A stretch of DNA of 64,000 nt from an uncultured virus (IMG/VR IMGVR_UViG_3300027659_000012) (lineage: Duplodnaviria > Heunggongvirae > Uroviricota > Caudoviricetes): IMG/VR virus record IMGVR_UViG_3300027659_000012, one strand, 5' to 3'. The notes beneath the pieces were generated by a model. The model was not told the DNA's origin. It did no database searches and saw only the letters and a list, made by a program, of their open reading frames with translations. This document shows, piece after piece, positions 59,132 to 64,000 of this stretch. Position numbers and translations under genes: made by a program. Within the stretch, counting starts at the first letter, position 1, and every line of letters starts with the position of its first letter.

Positions 59132-59293
59132 ATGGCGTATCGTGGAAAATATAGGGTGAAAAACCCAGAAAAATATGAAGGCGATCATACGCGAGTAGAA
59201 TATCGATCCCTCTGGGAGAGACAAGTTTTTAAGTTAACTTTCCCATTTTATAAATACATTAATGGAAGAATGGAGAAAAAGATTACTAGATAA
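59132..59293 (+). pseudogene. Orphan 5' stub of gp4
   Basis: MAYRGKYRVKNPEKYEGDHTRVEYRSLWERQVFK matches the gp4 N-terminus, then diverges to a stop at 59293. Confidence 0.85.
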
Positions 59294-59789
59294 CCCACCT
59301 CCATGCGCAAGTATTTTTGATCTAGAAGAATGGGAAGACATAGTTATCAATGAACTTACCGCAGATCCTAGTTTGTGGGGAGGAGCGTCATTTGGTCAAT
59401 TAACCGATGAGCATAAAGAAAATATATCTAAAACATTGATGGGACATTCGGTTTCAGCTGAAACTAGAAGAAAAATATCCGAAGCTGGAATCGGCAGAAT
59501 TAGTAGCAATGAAACTAATTCAAAACGAAGCAAAAGTATGAAAGGCAAAACTCATTCGACGCAAGCAAAACAAAAAATGAGAGAGAAAGCGTTAAACCGC
59601 CAACATACTGACGAAACTAAAGAAAAAATATCCAAAGCAGGAAGGGGTATTTTACGAAGTAAAGAATTTAAAGATAACTTAAAAGAAGTAGTTAAAGGTA
59701 GAATTCATATAACAAATGGAGAAATAAATAAATTTGTTCATAAAGAAAATATACCAGAAGGATTTTGGCCAGGAAGAATACTTAAATGA
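59262..59789 (+). CDS. NUMOD3-repeat DNA-binding protein (homing-endonuclease C-terminal type, no evident nuclease domain)
   Basis: Repeated H(S/T)xETxxKIS motifs, ITNG...IPEGFWPGR end; AT-rich; own TATAAATA. Confidence 0.75.
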   Translation: MEEWRKRLLDNPPPCASIFDLEEWEDIVINELTADPSLWGGASFGQLTDEHKENISKTLMGHSVSAETRRKISEAGIGRISSNETNSKRSKSMKGKTHSTQAKQKMREKALNRQHTDETKEKISKAGRGILRSKEFKDNLKEVVKGRIHITNGEINKFVHKENIPEGFWPGRILK

Positions 59790-60241
59790 GTAAATACTAT
59801 AGTGGAAGGTTTAGACCAAAAAATATCGAAAAGTATGAAGGCGATCATACAAATGTAAGATATAGATCCTCTTGGGAGAGAGCTGTTCTAAAGTGGTTAG
59901 ATGAGAATCCAAATGTTATAAAATATAGTTCAGAGGAAGTCGTAGTTCCTTATCGTTGCAAGACCGATAACAAGATGCATCGGTATTTCGTCGACATCAA
60001 AGTTCAATTTCGTGGAGGCGTCACGTACCTGATCGAGATCAAACCTAAAAAAGAGACAATGCCTCCGAAGGTGCGTGAACGTAAGACGCGAGGTTATCTG
60101 ATGGAGGTGATGACCTACGCCAAGAATATCTCTAAATGGGAGAGTGCCACCGAATATGCCAAGGATCGTGGATGGATATTTGAGATTTGGCACGAGGATA
60201 CAATCAAGAGTCTTGGTATTAAATTGCTCACCTCTAAGTGA
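59786..60241 (+). CDS. gp4: Head completion nuclease (TnsA-like PD-(D/E)XK)
   Basis: YRSSWE, HRYFVD, LIEIKP, N..KW..A. Confidence 0.92.
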   Translation: MSKYYSGRFRPKNIEKYEGDHTNVRYRSSWERAVLKWLDENPNVIKYSSEEVVVPYRCKTDNKMHRYFVDIKVQFRGGVTYLIEIKPKKETMPPKVRERKTRGYLMEVMTYAKNISKWESATEYAKDRGWIFEIWHEDTIKSLGIKLLTSK

Positions 60242-60257
60242 TTTATAAATAGATCTT

Positions 60258-60863
60258 ATGCGTAAAGAAGTTTTTAGTGACATTCAAAAGAAGTTTTCTT
60301 CCTCTGGATTGGGTGCTAGGACTACCGAGGCGCGTGATTGGTTTTTACAGAATCTTAAGAACTATTCCAGCCTCAATCGCAACAATCTATTAAAGGATTC
60401 TGCGTTGACTCGCAAGACATCGATCGACTCAAAGGCCACATCGATCGGCAAGATGTATATGTTTAGGTACGACCCGAAACATAAAGAAACTTTACCTTAC
60501 TTCGATAAATTTCCTTTGATCCTTATGGTGGGTCCTGCCGAGGGAGGTTTCTACGGACTGAATTTACACTATCTTCCACCTAGACTTCGTGCATTATTGT
60601 TTGATCGTCTATTACCTTATACGAACAACGATAAGTTTGATCAGACAACTCGCTTTCGTCTGACGTATCAGTTACTCACCTCGGTCTCTAAATTAAAAAT
60701 ATTTGCTCCGTGCTTCAAACACTATCTACTGAAGCATGTCACATCCAACACCATGGAAGTGCCTGCCAATGAATGGGAAGTCGCGATGTTTCTTCCTACG
60801 GATCAGTTCGCATATCAAACCAAGCGAACGGTCTGGAATAAAAGTAAAAAATCAATAATGTAA
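60258..60863 (+). CDS. gp2: DNA end protector
   Basis: YDPKHKETLPYFDKFPL, GLNLHYLPP, CFKHYL. Confidence 0.93.
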   Translation: MRKEVFSDIQKKFSSSGLGARTTEARDWFLQNLKNYSSLNRNNLLKDSALTRKTSIDSKATSIGKMYMFRYDPKHKETLPYFDKFPLILMVGPAEGGFYGLNLHYLPPRLRALLFDRLLPYTNNDKFDQTTRFRLTYQLLTSVSKLKIFAPCFKHYLLKHVTSNTMEVPANEWEVAMFLPTDQFAYQTKRTVWNKSKKSIM

Positions 60864-60864
60864 T

Positions 60865-61575
60865 ATGTCTATATTTTCATCGATCACCGGTCTTATAACA
60901 AAGACAGAAAATTATATCAATCCGAACACCATTGATGACTTCAAAAGTTCGATAAGTAGGCGTAATGGCCTGGCGATGACGAACCGTTTCTTGATAATGG
61001 TTCAACCTCCTAGTCAATCCTTACTTAATTTTAATATAGGCGACCTTGCCAGCAAAGTATTGCTCGGCAATAAGATTAATGTATCTGACTTTATCAATGA
61101 TCCGCGTGACATCGCGATGCTTTGTGAAAGCTGCTCTCTTCCGGGAAGACAGATCCAAACCACGGAATATTCGGCCTATAGACAACCAGTAAAAATTCCA
61201 ACCGGTTATATCAACGAAGACGTTACGATGACCTTTCATCTTACGAACGATTACTATATTCGTAAGGTATTCGATAAGTGGCATGCTCTGGTGATTAACT
61301 ATGATTCGTACCTTTTGAATTATAATAAAGACTTTTGTGCAGATATTATCATTCAACAGCTCGATATGAATAATAAACCGGTCTATGCGGTAAAATTAAA
61401 AAATGCATATCCAGTAGGAATAAACAGCGTCGCCTTAGACAACACTCAATCGGATTCTCCTCAAAAATTAGTGATTCAACTCACGTATGAAGACTTTGAA
61501 CCAATGGGTGCCATCGCATCTACGGTTGCAGGAGTCAAGAACAGCATCACGGGTATCCTGAATAAATTGATATAA
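60865..61575 (+). CDS. Baseplate tail tube initiator, gp54/gp19-like
   Basis: GLAMTNRF, CESCSLPG, NAYP. Confidence 0.75.
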   Translation: MSIFSSITGLITKTENYINPNTIDDFKSSISRRNGLAMTNRFLIMVQPPSQSLLNFNIGDLASKVLLGNKINVSDFINDPRDIAMLCESCSLPGRQIQTTEYSAYRQPVKIPTGYINEDVTMTFHLTNDYYIRKVFDKWHALVINYDSYLLNYNKDFCADIIIQQLDMNNKPVYAVKLKNAYPVGINSVALDNTQSDSPQKLVIQLTYEDFEPMGAIASTVAGVKNSITGILNKLI

Positions 61576-61586
61576 ATTATATTACT

Positions 61587-62297
61587 ATGGCATTACCCAC
61601 AATCAACACACCGAAATATCAACTTAAGTTACCTTCCACTGGAGAAGCCATAACTTATCGTCCGTTTTTGGTAAAAGAAGAAAAGATCTTGCTGATCGCG
61701 CAAGAAACCAAAGATCCAAAACAAATGATGATGGCCATGAGAGACATCATCTCGGCATGTACGTTTGAAAAGGTAAAAACAACTGAAATTACCGGATTCG
61801 ATCTTGAATACATCTTCTTAAAACTCAGAGCAAAGAGCGTCGGTGAAAATGCCGATATCAAGATTCAATGCACTCATTGCGAAGAATTTAATGACATCTC
61901 GATCAACCTCGACGATATTTCAGTGGTCGTTCCGGATAAGAGCAACAACGTGATCATGCTGACGGATTCCATCGGTGTCACGCTTAAGTATGTGACCGCC
62001 GAGAAGATGGAAAAGATCACGGCGCTGATCGATACAAATCAGATGGCAGTCATCAATGAACTGATCATCAACTCCATTGAATCCATCTTTGATGCCGATA
62101 ATGTCTATGCTGCCGCAGATTCTACTCCCGCAGAACTTACGCAATTCATCGAATCTCTGAATAGAAAACAAATGGAAAAGATCGAGGCATTCATCGCGAA
62201 TGCTCCGAAGCTTCAACACACCTGTGAATTCACTTGTTGCAAGTGTGAACTAGAAAACTCCATCAATCTTCAAGGAATTCAGTCTTTTTTCGAATAA
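61587..62297 (+). CDS. gp26: Baseplate hub assembly chaperone
   Basis: MALPTINTPKY, YRPFLVKEEKILL, LRAKSVGE, two CxxC. Confidence 0.92.
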   Translation: MALPTINTPKYQLKLPSTGEAITYRPFLVKEEKILLIAQETKDPKQMMMAMRDIISACTFEKVKTTEITGFDLEYIFLKLRAKSVGENADIKIQCTHCEEFNDISINLDDISVVVPDKSNNVIMLTDSIGVTLKYVTAEKMEKITALIDTNQMAVINELIINSIESIFDADNVYAAADSTPAELTQFIESLNRKQMEKIEAFIANAPKLQHTCEFTCCKCELENSINLQGIQSFFE

Positions 62298-62476
62298 GCC
62301 TCTCGCACGAATCATTGGAAAATTTGTATCAAACGAATTTTGCTCTGATGCAACATCATAAATATAGCCTAACGGAATTAGATGATATGTTACCGTGGGA
62401 GAGGGAAATCTATACCGCATTACTCATAGAACATCTAAAAGAAGAAAAACGTAAGAACGAATCGGCTAATCACTAA
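62285..62476 (+). CDS. gp51: Baseplate hub assembly catalyst, in -1 frame of gp26
   Basis: Manual translation FFRISLSHESLENLYQTNFALMQHHKYSLTELDDMLPWEREIY...NH*. Confidence 0.8.
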   Translation, partial: FFRISLSHESLENLYQTNFALMQHHKYSLTELDDMLPWEREIYTALLIEHLKEEKRKNESANH

Positions 62477-62481
62477 CCATC

Positions 62482-64000
62482 ATGGAATCCATAAGCAATA
62501 ATCTGTTACTTCAGGACGTGATCCTAGAATTACAAATCTCTAACGAAAATGTTTCGGGTATAGAGACCGGAGTGACGATGCTCACTGATTCCATTTCAAA
62601 GTTATCTGTCACAAATACGAAAGATAACAGTCAACTCATCGAACGAGATGATAAGATGATTACTGTATTGAAGACGATCGGTCTGGTCAACACTCACATG
62701 TTGAATACAATGGATCGTTTGTATAAGTTTTTCATGGATAATGATATGGTTCGTGCCGAGGAACATCGGGATTTGGTGGATGCCATCGAAGATATCGGCA
62801 AAGGTTCAACTAAAGGTGGAGCAACGTTTGATACGAAAAAACCAAAGGGAATACTCGGTCTCTTAGCCGGAGTCGCGGTATTTGCGGCAGGCGTATTGAT
62901 AGGATTCTTCGAAGAGCTAGTGCGAAAGATCAAGATGCTCGGCTTTTATGGAAAAATACTTGGAGTATTTTCTAGTATCAGTACGATGTTCGGTCGTATC
63001 GGAGAATTTATCACCGAATCAAAGTTGTACGAAAAGATGAAAGATGCTTTTAGTAAAGTAGGAAGCATCTTCGGCGGAATCGGTAGGTTCTTTGGAAAGA
63101 TTGGTTCCGTCCTAGGAAAAGTATTAGAACCAGCATTGAACTTCATTCGACAAATGCCAATTAGTCGTTTTATTGGTACCATTGCCGAAATGGTTGGTAA
63201 AATGTTTAGTCTAATCATGAAACCAATTAAATTTATTATGAGGCTCTTTGGTAGTGTCGGCAGCGCCAGTGCTTTAGGCACAATCTTTAGATTGGGCAAA
63301 GGTCTCGGAAAGATTTTAGGTAAACTAGCATTGCCAATCACCATCATCATGGGCATCGTTGAAGCAGCGATGGGAGCGTTCGAAGGTTATAAGACCGGCG
63401 GAATTATGGGGGCAATCAAAGGAGGACTAAAGGGACTTCTGGAAAGTTTAATTGGATGGATGATTGATATCCCCAAAGATCTAATTTCTTGGCTATTAGA
63501 AAAATTTGGTTTTGAAAATGCCTCGAAGTGGCTTGACAGCTGGAATTTTGGTATGCTATTCGATGGTCTCTGGAAAGCTTTCTCCGATCTATGGAATGGA
63601 GTCGTTTCGGCATTAGGCGCAGTTAGTGATTGGTGGAGTAGTTGGTCCTTTGAAGGAGTATTCACGAGCATCAAAGATTTCTTCTTCGGAATCTGGGATG
63701 ATGTCATTGACTGGTTAGATGGAATGGGGCAAGGTCTACTCGATGTGTTTGGTAGCGCCACGAATTTCATGTTAGATTTCTATCGTAAAATTCTCAACAT
63801 CATCTTGCCGGATCCAACGAAACATACAAGCATGACGGATCCACTTTATTGGGTCGCTAAGGCAGTGCCTGATGCGGTATACGATTTTGCCAAGGTACAA
63901 CAAGCCCCGAACATTGTTGCAAACAGCATTCAAGGAGTTCCTGGAACAAATGGAGGAGCGCTGATGTCAAGCGGTGGAGGTGGAGCAAATGTTACGATCA
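62482..64000 (+). CDS. Tape measure protein (partial, runs off window)
   Basis: Long frame from MESISNNLL; Gly/Ala-rich hydrophobic helices with periodic F/W; follows gp26/gp51. Confidence 0.7.
   Translation, partial: MESISNNLLLQDVILELQISNENVSGIETGVTMLTDSISKLSVTNTKDNSQLIERDDKMITVLKTIGLVNTHMLNTMDRLYKFFMDNDMVRAEEHRDLVDAIEDIGKGSTKGGATFDTKKPKGILGLLAGVAVFAAGVLIGFFEELVRKIKMLGFYGKILGVFSSISTMFGRIGEFITESKLYEKMKDAFSKVGSIFGGIGRFFGKIGSVLGKVLEPALNFIRQMPISRFIGTIAEMVGKMFSLIMKPIKFIMRLFGSVGSASALGTIFRLGKGLGKILGKLALPITIIMGIVEAAMGAFEGYKTGGIMGAIKGGLKGLLESLIGWMIDIPKDLISWLLEKFGFENASKWLDSWNFGMLFDGLWKAFSDLWNGVVSALGAVSDWWSSWSFEGVFTSIKDFFFGIWDDVIDWLDGMGQGLLDVFGSATNFMLDFYRKILNIILPDPTKHTSMTDPLYWVAKAVPDAVYDFAKVQQAPNIVANSIQGVPGTNGGALMSSGGGGANVTI

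Noticed and set aside
1..64000. Stop-codon reassignment
   Set aside because: Core genes are full length in the standard code; TAA, TGA and TAG (gp17) all terminate genes
1..64000. tRNA or rRNA genes
   Set aside because: Intergenic gaps are short and none shows a cloverleaf or rRNA-like sequence by eye

Overview
64-kb segment of a T4-like (gp23/gp55-type) myophage genome. Left arm (- strand): replication/recombination genes gp62 (partial), gp44, DsbA-like, gp45, a DUF5664 dNTP diphosphohydrolase, a CobS/CobT-like AAA-vWA pair, gp46/47, gp55, uvsW, uvsY. Middle: head-neck-tail core (gp3, 23, 22, 21, 67-like, 20, 19, 18, 17, 16, 15, 14, 13). Then a variable adhesin/tail-fibre island (sulfotransferase, two LRR proteins, autotransporter-repeat/propeller protein, repeat-rich fibres) and baseplate genes (VrlC-like, 8, 7-like, 6, 25, M15 peptidase, 5, hub, 53, 48). 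Right end (+ strand): gp4, gp2, gp54-like, gp26, gp51, partial tape measure. Main observations: (1) two homing-endonuclease-like cassettes inserted into the 5' ends of gp46 and gp4, each leaving an orphan 5' stub and supplying a replacement N-terminus; (2) a probable -1 frameshift (T TTT TTC) fusing gp26 to gp51 directly upstream of the tape measure gene, like lambda G/GT; (3) prohead-core proteins carrying basic cargo modules between predicted gp21 cleavage sites; (4) late promoters sitting about 5 nt from ATG, implying leaderless mRNAs; (5) an early-type promoter facing no gene. All family calls are from motif recognition and synteny, not database searches.
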